From: an uncultured Rivularia sp.
GTDB taxonomy: Bacteria > Cyanobacteriota > Cyanobacteriia > Cyanobacteriales > Nostocaceae
NCBI GenBank assembly: GCA_963665115.1
Contig: OY762007.1
Location: 3,066,053-3,098,052 of the forward strand
Reading direction: 5' to 3'
Length of the DNA: 32,000 bases
In this document: positions 17,875 to 26,936 of the stretch, piece after piece
How the letters are laid out: every line of letters begins with the position of its first letter
Position numbering within the stretch: the stretch's first letter is position 1
Position numbers and translations under genes: made by a program
The notes under the pieces: generated by a model
The model's database searches: none
What the model was told of the DNA's origin: nothing
The model's input: the letters and a program-made list of their open reading frames with translations, nothing else

Positions 17875-20322
17875 ATGACCGCTACATCCCAACCTCCGTT
17901 TTCTCCAGAAGAAATAGCCAAAGAAGGCATAAAACCCCAAGAATACCAAGAAATCGTCAACAGATTAGGTCGTCATCCTAACAAAGCCGAATTAGGAATG
18001 TTTGGCGTAATGTGGTCGGAACATTGCTGTTATAAAAATTCTCGACCTTTATTAAAACAGTTTCCTACAACCGGAGAGCGCATCCTTGTAGGTCCCGGTG
18101 AAAATGCTGGTGTTGTAGACTTGGGTGATGGTTTACAACTCGCTTTTAAAATTGAATCTCACAATCATCCTTCAGCAGTGGAACCCTTTCAAGGTGCTGC
18201 AACGGGAGTTGGTGGTATTCTCAGAGATATTTTTACAATGGGTGCGCGTCCGATCGCGGTGTTGAATTCACTGCGTTTCGGTAATTTAGAAGATGCCAAA
18301 ACCCAAAGATTATTTAGCGGTGTGGTATCGGGAATTGCTCATTACGGTAACTGCGTGGGCGTTCCTACGGTTGGTGGTGAAGTCTATTTTGACCCCGCTT
18401 ACTCTGGCAATCCTTTAGTAAACGTTATGGCGTTGGGATTAATGGAAACGCCAGAAATTGTCAAATCCGGTGCATCAGGTATCGGCAATCCGGTACTGTA
18501 TGTCGGTTCTACTACCGGGCGCGACGGTATGGGAGGAGCAAGTTTTGCCAGTGCAGAATTAACCGACGAATCAGTTGACAATCGTCCAGCAGTGCAGGTT
18601 GGCGACCCATTTTTAGAAAAATCCTTAATTGAAGCTTGTTTAGAAGCCTTTAAAACAGGTGCGGTAGTGGCAGCACAAGATATGGGTGCGGCAGGTATTA
18701 CCTGTTCCACTTCCGAAATGGCCGCAAATGGTGGTGTCGGTGTGGAATTTGATTTAGATAAAATTCCCAACCGCGAAACCGGAATGATTCCTTACGAATA
18801 TCTACTCAGCGAATCTCAAGAGAGAATGCTGTTTGTTGCCAAAAAAGGTAGAGAGCAAGAATTAATAGATATTTTTGTGCGTTGGGGATTAAATGCAGTC
18901 GTTGCCGGAAAAGTCATAGAAGAACCCATAGTAAGGATTCTTTACCAAGGAAAAGTCGCAGCAGAAATACCTGCCACAGCTTTAGCAGAAAATACCCCGA
19001 TTTATAACCGAGAATTATTAAAAGAACCTCCAGAATATGCCCGCAAAGCTTGGGAATGGACACCCGATTCCTTACCAGCTTGCACTCATGAAGGTATTGA
19101 AATTAAAGGAAAATTGCAAACCTGGAACGATATTCTGCTAACTTTACTTGATACTCCCAGCATAGCTTCAAAAAGTTGGGTTTATCGTCAATACGACCAT
19201 CAAGTGCAGAATAACACCGTTATGTTACCCGGTGGTGCGGATGCGGCAATTGTGCGGTTGCGCCCAGTTGGGGAAGACAAGGAGACAAGGAGACAAGGAG
19301 ACAAGGAGATGAGGAGAGAAGAAAATTCCAATGCCCAATCCCCTATGCCCCATGCCCAAAAAGGTGTTGCTGCAACGGTTGATTGCAATTCTCGTTACGT
19401 TTATCTCGATCCTTACGAAGGTGCAAAGGCTGTAGTAGCTGAAGCCGCACGCAATCTTAGCTGTGTAGGTGCAGAACCTTTAGCGGTTACAGATAACTTG
19501 AATTTTGGCAGCCCGGAAAAACCGATTGGTTATTGGCAGTTATCAGAAGCTTGTCGGGGATTAGCGGAAGGTTGTCAAGAATTATCGACTCCGGTAACTG
19601 GAGGAAATGTCTCTCTTTATAATGAGACTTTTGATACGAACGGCAATCCAAAACCAATTTATCCGACTCCCGTTGTCGGAATGGTAGGATTAATTCCTGA
19701 TTTAACAAAGATTTGCTCCCAAGCTTGGCAATCGGAAGGCGATATAATTTATCTCCTCGGTTTACCAATTCAATCGGAAACCGAATTAGGAGGAACGGAG
19801 TATTTAGCTACCATTCACGATACTGTTGCCGGAAAACCCCCAAGGGTAGATTTTGGCTTGGAACGTCGCGTACAGCAAGCTTGCCGTAAAGGTATTCGCC
19901 AAGGTTGGGTGCGTTCCGCTCATGATTGCGCTGAAGGTGGAATTACCGTCGCTTTAGCTGAATGCTGTATTAATAGTCATCTCGGTGCTGAGATTAAATT
20001 TGAATTACCAGCTGATTTACCAGCAAGCAATCCTCAGAGATGGGATGAAATACTTTTTGGTGAAGGAGGAGCAAGAATTATTGTTTCAGTTGCGTTAGCC
20101 AAGCAACAAATTTGGGAATCATACCTACAAGAACAATTAAACGATCGCTGGCAAATAATTGGCAAGGTCGGAAATTTCCAAACTGGTTTGGGGGTCTTAA
20201 CCACTGATAACAAAACTTTAATAAACGTTACGATAGAAGATGTAAGCAATCGCTTTCATCAAGCAATTACCAGGCGTTTAGCCGTTCCCCAACAGCTAAA
20301 TACTCAAATGACAATTAAATAA
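17875..20322 (+). CDS. purL: Phosphoribosylformylglycinamidine synthase subunit PurL
   Basis: 815-aa ORF with family motifs along its whole length ([31 protein letters not shown]). It carries a ~31-aa STRR-encoded insert. Confidence 0.95.
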   Translation: MTATSQPPFSPEEIAKEGIKPQEYQEIVNRLGRHPNKAELGMFGVMWSEHCCYKNSRPLLKQFPTTGERILVGPGENAGVVDLGDGLQLAFKIESHNHPSAVEPFQGAATGVGGILRDIFTMGARPIAVLNSLRFGNLEDAKTQRLFSGVVSGIAHYGNCVGVPTVGGEVYFDPAYSGNPLVNVMALGLMETPEIVKSGASGIGNPVLYVGSTTGRDGMGGASFASAELTDESVDNRPAVQVGDPFLEKSLIEACLEAFKTGAVVAAQDMGAAGITCSTSEMAANGGVGVEFDLDKIPNRETGMIPYEYLLSESQERMLFVAKKGREQELIDIFVRWGLNAVVAGKVIEEPIVRILYQGKVAAEIPATALAENTPIYNRELLKEPPEYARKAWEWTPDSLPACTHEGIEIKGKLQTWNDILLTLLDTPSIASKSWVYRQYDHQVQNNTVMLPGGADAAIVRLRPVGEDKETRRQGDKEMRREENSNAQSPMPHAQKGVAATVDCNSRYVYLDPYEGAKAVVAEAARNLSCVGAEPLAVTDNLNFGSPEKPIGYWQLSEACRGLAEGCQELSTPVTGGNVSLYNETFDTNGNPKPIYPTPVVGMVGLIPDLTKICSQAWQSEGDIIYLLGLPIQSETELGGTEYLATIHDTVAGKPPRVDFGLERRVQQACRKGIRQGWVRSAHDCAEGGITVALAECCINSHLGAEIKFELPADLPASNPQRWDEILFGEGGARIIVSVALAKQQIWESYLQEQLNDRWQIIGKVGNFQTGLGVLTTDNKTLINVTIEDVSNRFHQAITRRLAVPQQLNTQMTIK
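19276..19361. repeat. STRR inside the purL coding sequence: octamer GACAAGGA x4-6 followed by heptamers CCAATGC/CCAATCC/CCTATGC/CCCATGC
   Basis: Periodicity read directly. It translates in frame as [30 protein letters not shown]. Confidence 0.85.
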
Positions 20323-20461
20323 CTGGCAACTTACTATTAGTATCGCTGAGCATAAATACTGTACTGTGGTAAATAGATGGTTAAGAATTAATTAAGTTTT
20401 ATCTAACTATCCAGTTTCACAATCCCAGTGGCTTGACATCATCATCAGGAGCATAGCTAGA

Positions 20462-21964
20462 ATGATTCCCCAAAATTCCAAAGCCGTCACTTCGGATAAA
20501 TACGCCCAAACTAATCCCAATCCAATTAATCAAGATGAACGTCCTGACAAGCAAGAAGAAGCTTGCGGGGTTTTTGGCGTTTACGCACCCAAAGAAGACG
20601 TTGCTAGACTAACTTATTTCGGATTGTATGCCCTCCAGCATAGAGGTCAAGAATCCGCTGGGATTGCCACTTTTGAAGACAAAAAGGTACACCTGCATAA
20701 AGATATGGGTTTAGTATCTCAAGTCTTCAACGAAACTATCCTTGATGACTTACCAGGTAGTATTGCTGTCGGTCATACCCGTTATTCCACCACAGGTTCA
20801 AGCCATGTAGCCAATGCCCAACCTGCTATTGTCCAAACTCGACTAGGTGAAATAGCCCTTGCACACAACGGTAATTTAGTCAACACAAAGCAGTTGCGCG
20901 ACGAACTGCTCGAAAAAAGCTGTAACCTAACTACCACAACCGACTCAGAAATGATTGCCTTGGCGATCGCCGAAGAATTAAACGACGGTTCCCAATTATT
21001 GGAAGCTGCGATTCGGGCTTTTCATCGTTGCCGAGGAGCCTTTAGTTTAGTAATCGGTTCCAGTGAAGGTGTAATGGGAGTGCGCGATCCAAACGGCATT
21101 CGTCCCCTGGTAATTGGAACTTTAGAGGGAAGTCCAACACGTTACGTTTTAGCATCCGAAACCTGCGCTTTGGATATTATTGGCGCTAAATACCTGCGAG
21201 ATGTAGAGCCAGGTGAATTGGTTTGGATTACCGAATCAGGTTTAGCCTCTTTTCAGTGGAGTAAAAAGCAAGAAAGAAAGCTATGTATCTTTGAAATGTT
21301 TTACTTTGCTCGTCCCGATAGCATCATGAACGAGGAAAGCTTGTATAGCTACCGGATGAGATTAGGGCGACGATTAGCACAAGAATCTCTTGTAGATGCC
21401 GATATAGTTTTTGGAGTTCCAGATTCGGGAATCCCTGCTGCAATTGGTTTCTCAGAAGTTTCCGGTATACCTTACGTAGAAGGATTGATCAAAAATCGTT
21501 ACGTCGGCAGAACCTTCATTCAGCCTACCCAAGCAATGCGCGAATCGGGTATAAGAATGAAACTAAATCCACTTAAAGACGTATTATCCGGGAAAAGAGT
21601 AATCATCATTGATGATTCAATTGTGCGAGGTACCACCAGTCGCAACTTAGTAAAATCCTTGTACGAAGCGGGTGCAACCGAAGTACATATGCGAATTTCT
21701 TCCCCTCCAGTTACCCATCCCTGTTTTTACGGTATTGATACCGATAGTCAAGATCAATTAATTGCTGCAACCAAATCAGTAAAAGAAATTGCCAAACACT
21801 TAGAAGTAGACAGTCTGGCATATCTAAGCTGGAAAGGAATGTTAGAAGAAACCAAACAAGATACCAATAGTTTTTGTTCCGCGTGTTTCACCGGAGATTA
21901 TCCCGTACCAGTACCCGAAAGACTCAAACGTTCTAAATTAATTTTAGAAGAAGCAGTTGTTTAA
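20462..21964 (+). CDS. purF: Amidophosphoribosyltransferase PurF
   Basis: 500-aa ORF with the Ntn cysteine context EACGVFGVYA, the PRPP-binding loop VIIIDDSIVRGTT, and 4Fe-4S cysteines (CFYGID, CSACF). Confidence 0.95.
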   Translation: MIPQNSKAVTSDKYAQTNPNPINQDERPDKQEEACGVFGVYAPKEDVARLTYFGLYALQHRGQESAGIATFEDKKVHLHKDMGLVSQVFNETILDDLPGSIAVGHTRYSTTGSSHVANAQPAIVQTRLGEIALAHNGNLVNTKQLRDELLEKSCNLTTTTDSEMIALAIAEELNDGSQLLEAAIRAFHRCRGAFSLVIGSSEGVMGVRDPNGIRPLVIGTLEGSPTRYVLASETCALDIIGAKYLRDVEPGELVWITESGLASFQWSKKQERKLCIFEMFYFARPDSIMNEESLYSYRMRLGRRLAQESLVDADIVFGVPDSGIPAAIGFSEVSGIPYVEGLIKNRYVGRTFIQPTQAMRESGIRMKLNPLKDVLSGKRVIIIDDSIVRGTTSRNLVKSLYEAGATEVHMRISSPPVTHPCFYGIDTDSQDQLIAATKSVKEIAKHLEVDSLAYLSWKGMLEETKQDTNSFCSACFTGDYPVPVPERLKRSKLILEEAVV

Positions 21965-22020
21965 TAATTTTGCATTAAATTGGGTTTGTTTTTTCAGAAC
22001 ACTATAAATCACTTATGTAG

Positions 22021-22046
22021 AGACGTAGCAGTGCTACGTCTTTTTG
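22021..22046 (+). terminator. Candidate intrinsic terminator of purF
   Basis: AGACGTAGCA-g-TGCTACGTCT followed by TTTTT, 57 nt after the purF stop. Confidence 0.55.
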
Positions 22047-22049
22047 ATT

Positions 22050-22240
22050 ATGTAAAGTACATTCGGACGGGCAGGGATGCCCATCCCACAAGAGTTGTAG
22101 TATAACTGGTTCCCAGCCTCCCTCTATAACTGGTTCCCAGTCTCTGGCTGGGAACCTATTGCTTGAGGCTCTGCCTCCAATAAATACGCGAGGCAGAAGC
22201 TCGAAAACTGCATTCCCAGGTGAAACCTGGAAGTAACTCT
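22050..22240. repeat. Cluster of small dispersed hairpin repeats
   Basis: GGGATGCCCATCCC; GGTTCCCAG..CTGGGAACC (22132-22156); GAGGCTCTGCCTC..GAGGCAGAAGCTC (22165-22202); CCAGGtgaaaCCTGG. Same family as 200-293. ORF 22002..22244 is a translation artefact of these repeats. Confidence 0.55.
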
Positions 22241-22338
22241 TCACTCCTAACTAATAATTAATAAATCCTCAATTTTGATGGAATTAATATAGTCATTTAT
22301 GTAATATGTAGTGAAATTGCGCTCTTTTAAAACCACTT

Positions 22339-22758
22339 ATGGAACCGATAACCGCTGCAACTATCGCCACCCTTGCTTTTACCAAAGCCTTTGAAAAGAC
22401 GATTGAAAAATTTACTGAAGCAACCTGGAGTAAAATTGAAGCGCTACGCAAGAAGATTTGGCAGAAATTAAGCGGAAATAAACAAGCGCAAAAAGTTTTA
22501 ACTGCGGCTGAAACTGGTTCAAAAGAAGATTTGAAATTAGTTGCTCAATTTTTGGAGCAAGAAATGGAATGGGATAAAAACTTTGCTCAAGAAGTACAAA
22601 CTTTAGCTCGTGAGATCGATCAAGAAATTAATATCGGTCAAATACAAGGGCAAAACGTGCAAAATGTTTATGGTGGAGAAGCGCAACAAAATAATGCAAA
22701 TAACACCAATGCACCAGTAATTCAAGGTGGTAGCGGACACAATATTACATTTAATTGA
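22339..22758 (+). CDS. 139-aa helical protein/domain with a hydrophobic N-terminal helix and a Q/N/G-rich C-terminal motif. It is BELL-like, a putative NLR-associated effector module, in frame with the downstream NB-ARC ORF.
   Basis: MEPITAATIATLAFTKAF.. followed by charged helices. The C-terminus is INIGQIQGQNVQNVYGGEAQQNNANNTNAPVIQGGSGHNITFN, then TGA at 22756-22758. The family assignment is from memory and was not computed. Confidence 0.55.
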   Translation: MEPITAATIATLAFTKAFEKTIEKFTEATWSKIEALRKKIWQKLSGNKQAQKVLTAAETGSKEDLKLVAQFLEQEMEWDKNFAQEVQTLAREIDQEINIGQIQGQNVQNVYGGEAQQNNANNTNAPVIQGGSGHNITFN

Positions 22759-25700
22759 CTACAGTCGTCGGCAGGGGAACCGACAAAGTATCATCCCATT
22801 AAATATATACCGAAATTTGGCAGCGATAACTTTGTCGGAAGACAAGATGAACTTGCCAAAATTCACGATAAGTTTTCAGAAACAAACAATAAAGTCGCCA
22901 TTTCTTCTGTATCTGGTATGGGTGGTGTTGGAAAAACAGAGTTAGCGACGCAGTATGCACGAAAACACGAAAATGATTATCCCGGTGGAATTTGCTGGTT
23001 AAATGTTAGAGGTACAAATTTAGCTGCGGGAATTATTCAATTTGTCCAACAGATGGGTTTGGAAGTTCCCCAAAAAGATTTCCAAGAAAATGCGCTGACT
23101 CTAACTCAACAAGTAGCTTGGTGTTGGCAACATTGGCAACCACCCGAAGGTTTTGTGTTGATAATATTAGATGATGTGACTGATTTAGAAGATATTTCTG
23201 AGTTACTACCATCTTTTCAGCGCTTCCGGGTTTTGATGACAACCAGGTTGCGAGATATCGACACTAATGTTGAGGAAATATCCCTTGATGTGTTGTTACC
23301 AGAGGAAGCTTTAGAATTATTCAAAAATTTAATTGGTGAAAAGAAAGTAAATAAAGAATTAGAAACAGCTAACGAACTATGTAAATGGTTGGGATATTTA
23401 CCTTTAGGGATAGAGTTAGTCGGAAGGTATATCAAGAAAAAACCTCCCCATTTTACTTTAAAGAAAATGTTGCAGCAGTTGCAAGAACAACGACTGTATC
23501 AAGAAGCGATGAATCCCCAGCAAAAAGGATTACGTACAGCCCAATTAGGAGTTTTAGACGCATTTGAATTAAGTTGGAAAGAACTCAATCCTACAACACA
23601 GGAGTTTGCTACATTATTAAGTCTATTTGCAGCAGATATTTTTGAGTGGCAATGGGTAGAATCGATAAGTAAATCCCTCAATTGGGATGAATCTGATGTT
23701 GAGGTAGCTATTGAGGAAGTTTACCAACGTTACTTGGTGCAGTCTTTAGAATATGAAGATGTATCTTACTATCAAATTCATCCTTTAATTCGAGAGTTTT
23801 TACAAGATAAATTAAAAGCATCTGCACAAATAAATGAGTTCAAACAAGCATTTACCAGCACTTTTATTGAAATTGCTCAAACAATTCCTGATTCAGTAAC
23901 CCTGGAATTTATTAACTCAGTCAAAAACGCTATTCCCCATTTAACAGAAGTCGCAGAAAATCATCTTGATGCACTCAGCGATGAAAATTTATATTGGGCT
24001 TTTACTGGTTTAACTAATTTTTACCAGGGACAAGGTTTATATGCTTTAGCTGAACCTTGGACACAGCAATGCGTATCAGAACTAAAATCCCGTTTGGGAG
24101 AAAATCATCCCTATTTTGCTACCAGCTTGAACAATTTAGCTGAACTCTACAGAAACATGGGAAGGTACGAAGAAGCTGAACCTATTTATATCCAAGCTTT
24201 GGAGTTAAGAAAACAGCTACTCGGAGTTAATCATCCCGATGTTGCAATGAGCTTGAACAATTTAGCTAATCTCTACCACTTGCAAGGAAAGTACGAAGCA
24301 GCAGAACCTCTTTATATTCAAGCATTGGAGTTATATAAACAGCTACAGGGAGTTAATCATCCCGATGTTGCAACCAGCTTGAACAATTTAGCTGAACTTT
24401 ACCGTTCTCAAGGAAAGTACGAAGCAGCAGAACCCCTTTATATTCAAGCTTTGGAGTTATATAAACAGCGACTCGGAGAAAATCATCCCCATGTTGCAAT
24501 GAGCTTGAACAATTTAGCTTTACTCTACGATTCTCAAGGAAAGTACGAACTAGCAGAACCCCTTTTTCTGCAAGCTTTGGAGTTATATAAACAGCTACTC
24601 GGAGAAAATCATCCCCATGTCGCAATGAGCTTGAACAATTTAGCTGAACTTTACCGTTCTCAAGGAAAGTACGAAGCAGCAGAACCCCTTTATATCCAAG
24701 CTTTGGAGTTAAGAAAACAGCTTCTCGGAGAAAATCATCCCGACACTGCAATGAGTTTGAACAATTTATCTCTACTCTACAACTCCCAAGGAAAGTACGA
24801 AGCAGCAGAAACCTCTTTTAATTCAAGCTTTGGAGTTAACAAAACAGCTACTCGGAGAAAACCATCCCCACGTTGCTATGAGCTTCAACAATTTAGCAGG
24901 ACTCTACAAATCCCAAGGAAGGTACGAGGAAGCAGAACCTCTTTATATCCAATCTTTGGAGTTAACAAAACAGCTACTCGGAGTTAATCATCCCCACACA
25001 GCAATGAGCTTGAACAATTTAGCTCTACTCTACAACTCCCAAGGAAGGTACGAAGCAGCAGAACCTCTTTTTATTCAAGCATTGCAGTTAAGAAAACAGC
25101 TACTCGGAGTAAATCATCCCGATGTTGCTACCAGCTTGAGCAGTTTAGCTTACCTCTACTACTCCCAAGGAAGGTACGAAGCAGCAGAACCACTTTTGAT
25201 TCAAGCATTGGAGTTATGTAAACAGCTACTCGGAGTTAATCATCCCGATGTCGCAACCATTTTGAACAATTTAGCTTTACTCTACAACTCTCAAGGAAGG
25301 TATGAAGCAGCAGAACCTCTTTTGATTCAAGCTTTGGAGTTAACAAAACAGCTACAGGGAGTTAATCATCCCTCCGTCGCAACCAGTTTGAACAATTTAG
25401 CTTTACTCTACAACTCTCAAGGAAGGTATGAAGCAGCAGAACCACTTTTGATTCAAGCATTGGAGTTAAGTAAACAGCTACAGGGAGTTAATCATCCCGA
25501 TGTCGCAACCAGTTTGAACAATTTAGCTTTACTCTACAACTCTCAAGGAAAGTACGAAGCAGCAGAACCTCTTTATATTCAAGCATTGGAGTTATATAAA
25601 CAGCTACAGGGAGTTAATCATCCCGATGTTGCAACCAGCTTGAACAATTTAGCTGAACTTTACCGTTCTCAAGGAAAGTACGAAGCAGCAGAACCTCTTT

Positions 25701-26203
25701 ATATTCAAGCATTGCAGTTAAGAAAACAGCTACTCGGAGTTAATCATCCCGACACAGCAGGCAGTTTGAACAATTTAGCTTTACTCTACGGTTCTCAAGG
25801 AAAGTACGAACTAGCAGAACCCCTTTTTCTGCAAGCTTTGGAGTTATATAAACAGCTACTCGGAGAAAATCATCCCCATGTCGCAATGAGCTTGAACAAT
25901 TTAGCTGCACTCTACTATTCTCAAGGAAGGTACGAAGAAGCTCAACCCCTTTATATCCAAGCTTTGGAGTTAAGAAAACAGCTTCTCGGAGAAAATCATC
26001 CCGACACTGCAATGAGTTTGAACAATTTAGCTTATCTCTACTTTTCCATCGGAAAGTACGAAGAAGCTGAACCTCTTTATATCCAAGCTGTTGAGATTGC
26101 GGAGCGGATTTTGGGAGAAAATCACCCCAATACGGTGCTTTATCGGAAAAATTTGGAATATTTACGCGCACAGCGGGGAGAAGGTGGAAGCAGCGAAGAA
26201 TAA
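22759..26203 (+). pseudogene. NB-ARC (AP-ATPase) + 17 x 42-aa TPR (KLC-type) NLR-like STAND protein. It has no own start codon upstream of the P-loop and one frameshift in the TPR array.
   Basis: The frame is open from 22759. It encodes FVGRQDELAKIH..VAISSVSGMGGVGKTELA (Walker A), LIILDDV (Walker B), LMTTR and GYLPLGIEL (GLPL). No ATG/GTG/TTG lies in frame between 22759 and 22917, and the first ATG (22918) is inside the P-loop. ORFs 22918..24987 and 24830..26203 join if one A of AAA 24809-24811 is removed (GAA CCT CTT TTA ATT CAA = EPLLIQ). Confidence 0.8.
24095..26170 (+). repeat. Tandem 126-nt coding repeats (17 TPR modules, LGxNHPxxAxSLNNLAxLYxSQGxYEAAEPLxIQALEL.KQL)
   Basis: The NHP codons recur every 126 nt from ~24106 to ~26123. 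Blocks of more than 130 nt are identical (24301-24432 = 25562-25693). Confidence 0.9.
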
Positions 26204-26204
26204 A

Positions 26205-26225
26205 CAGTGAGCAGTGAGCAGTGAG
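26205..26225. repeat. Heptamer STRR CAGTGAG x3
   Basis: Read directly, immediately after the NLR stop codon (26201-26203). Confidence 0.8.
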
Positions 26226-26239
26226 CAGTTTCCGTGATT

Positions 26240-26636
26240 GTCATTGCGAATGTAGCGAAGCGAAATGTTAGCGGAGCGTGTCCGGAACGGACATAGCAAT
26301 CACAATAACTCGTTGGTGTTGAAGATGTTGGGATTGCTTCCTTCGTCGCAATGACGGAAACCGAGTTGTCATTGCGAGTGGAACGGAGTGGAACGAAGCA
26401 ATCGCAATAACTCGTTGGTGTTGAAGATGTTGGGATTGCTTCCTTCGTCGCAATGACAGAAACCGAGTTGTCATTGCGAGTGGAACGGAGTGGAACGAAG
26501 CAATCGCAATAACTCGTTGGTGTTGAAGATGTTGGGATTGCTTCCTTCGTCGCAATGACGGTTTGAGAGTTACTCGTTGGGATTGCTTCCTTCGTCGCTA
26601 TGACAGCTTCAAAATAACTCGTTGGTGATGACAGTT
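26240..26636. repeat. Tandem array of ~102-nt hairpin-forming units: 128-nt variant unit 26240-26367, units 26368-26469 and 26470-26571, and a degenerate tail to ~26636
   Basis: Units 2 and 3 are identical for ~92 nt. Each unit has nested inverted repeats, GTCATTGCGA/TCGCAATGAC and GAAGCAATC/GATTGCTTC. ORFs 26140..26640 and 26268..26555 are translation artefacts. Confidence 0.85.
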
Positions 26637-26927
26637 TCACAATAAACCGTCATACAAATCACACCATTGTGGATTCATACTATTAACTAAATCGATTTTC
26701 TTTTGTCTGGAACCAGCTTTAATTTGTTTCTCTCTTGCTATAGCATCATTAATATCAGCAAAAATTTCGTAATAAACCAGTTTATTAACGTTGTACTTTT
26801 TTGTAAAACCTGCAATTAATTTTTCTTTGTGTTCGTAAACTCTTCTAATTAAATCATTCGTAACACCTGTATAAAGCACTGTATTATATTTATTTGTGAT
26901 TATATAGATATAGTATTGCTGGCTCAT
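26637..26927 (-). CDS. GIY-YIG nuclease family protein (small UPF0213-type)
   Basis: 96-aa ORF with YYIYIITNKYNTVLYTGVTNDLIRRVYEHK (GIY...YTG motif, R, E) and AREKQIK. Confidence 0.85.
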   Translation of the reverse strand: MSQQYYIYIITNKYNTVLYTGVTNDLIRRVYEHKEKLIAGFTKKYNVNKLVYYEIFADINDAIAREKQIKAGSRQKKIDLVNSMNPQWCDLYDGLL

Positions 26928-26936
26928 TGATTGTAA

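Noticed and set aside
2901-20249. Short ORFs nested in or antisense to well-supported genes (2901..3092, 4707..4940, 4751..4975, 6713..6961, 8824..9042, 9454..9693, 10002..10193, 14010..14198, 18399..18770, 19200..19388, 19487..19768, 20034..20249; likewise 29191..29421, 30056..30292 and 31511..31708 outside this span)
   Set aside because: Each lies inside a longer ORF with clear family similarity, and they have low-complexity or odd composition.
22002-22244. 80-aa ORF on the minus strand downstream of purF
   Set aside because: It is composed entirely of dispersed hairpin repeats (GHPCPS, WEPV motifs are repeat translations), so it is an artefact.
22727-22945. 72-aa ORF overlapping the junction between the BELL-like ORF and NB-ARC
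   Set aside because: It is in a different frame from the strongly conserved NB-ARC N-terminal sequence that occupies the same nucleotides, and it shows no family resemblance.
23033-25900. Multiple antisense or alternative-frame ORFs inside the NLR gene (23033..23242, 23217..23435, 23385..23567, 23499..23681, 24353..24751, 25740..26171)
   Set aside because: They are shadow ORFs of a long repetitive coding region. Their repeats mirror the TPR periodicity.
26240-26636. Possible CRISPR array (regular tandem repeats with palindromic cores)
   Set aside because: The whole 102-nt unit repeats, including what would be the spacers. No unique spacers, leader or cas genes are present.
26140-26640. 166-aa and 95-aa minus-strand ORFs with internal amino-acid repeats
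   Set aside because: They are translations of the 102-nt tandem units. The periodicity is at DNA level (102 nt) with hairpin symmetry, which is not a coding signature.
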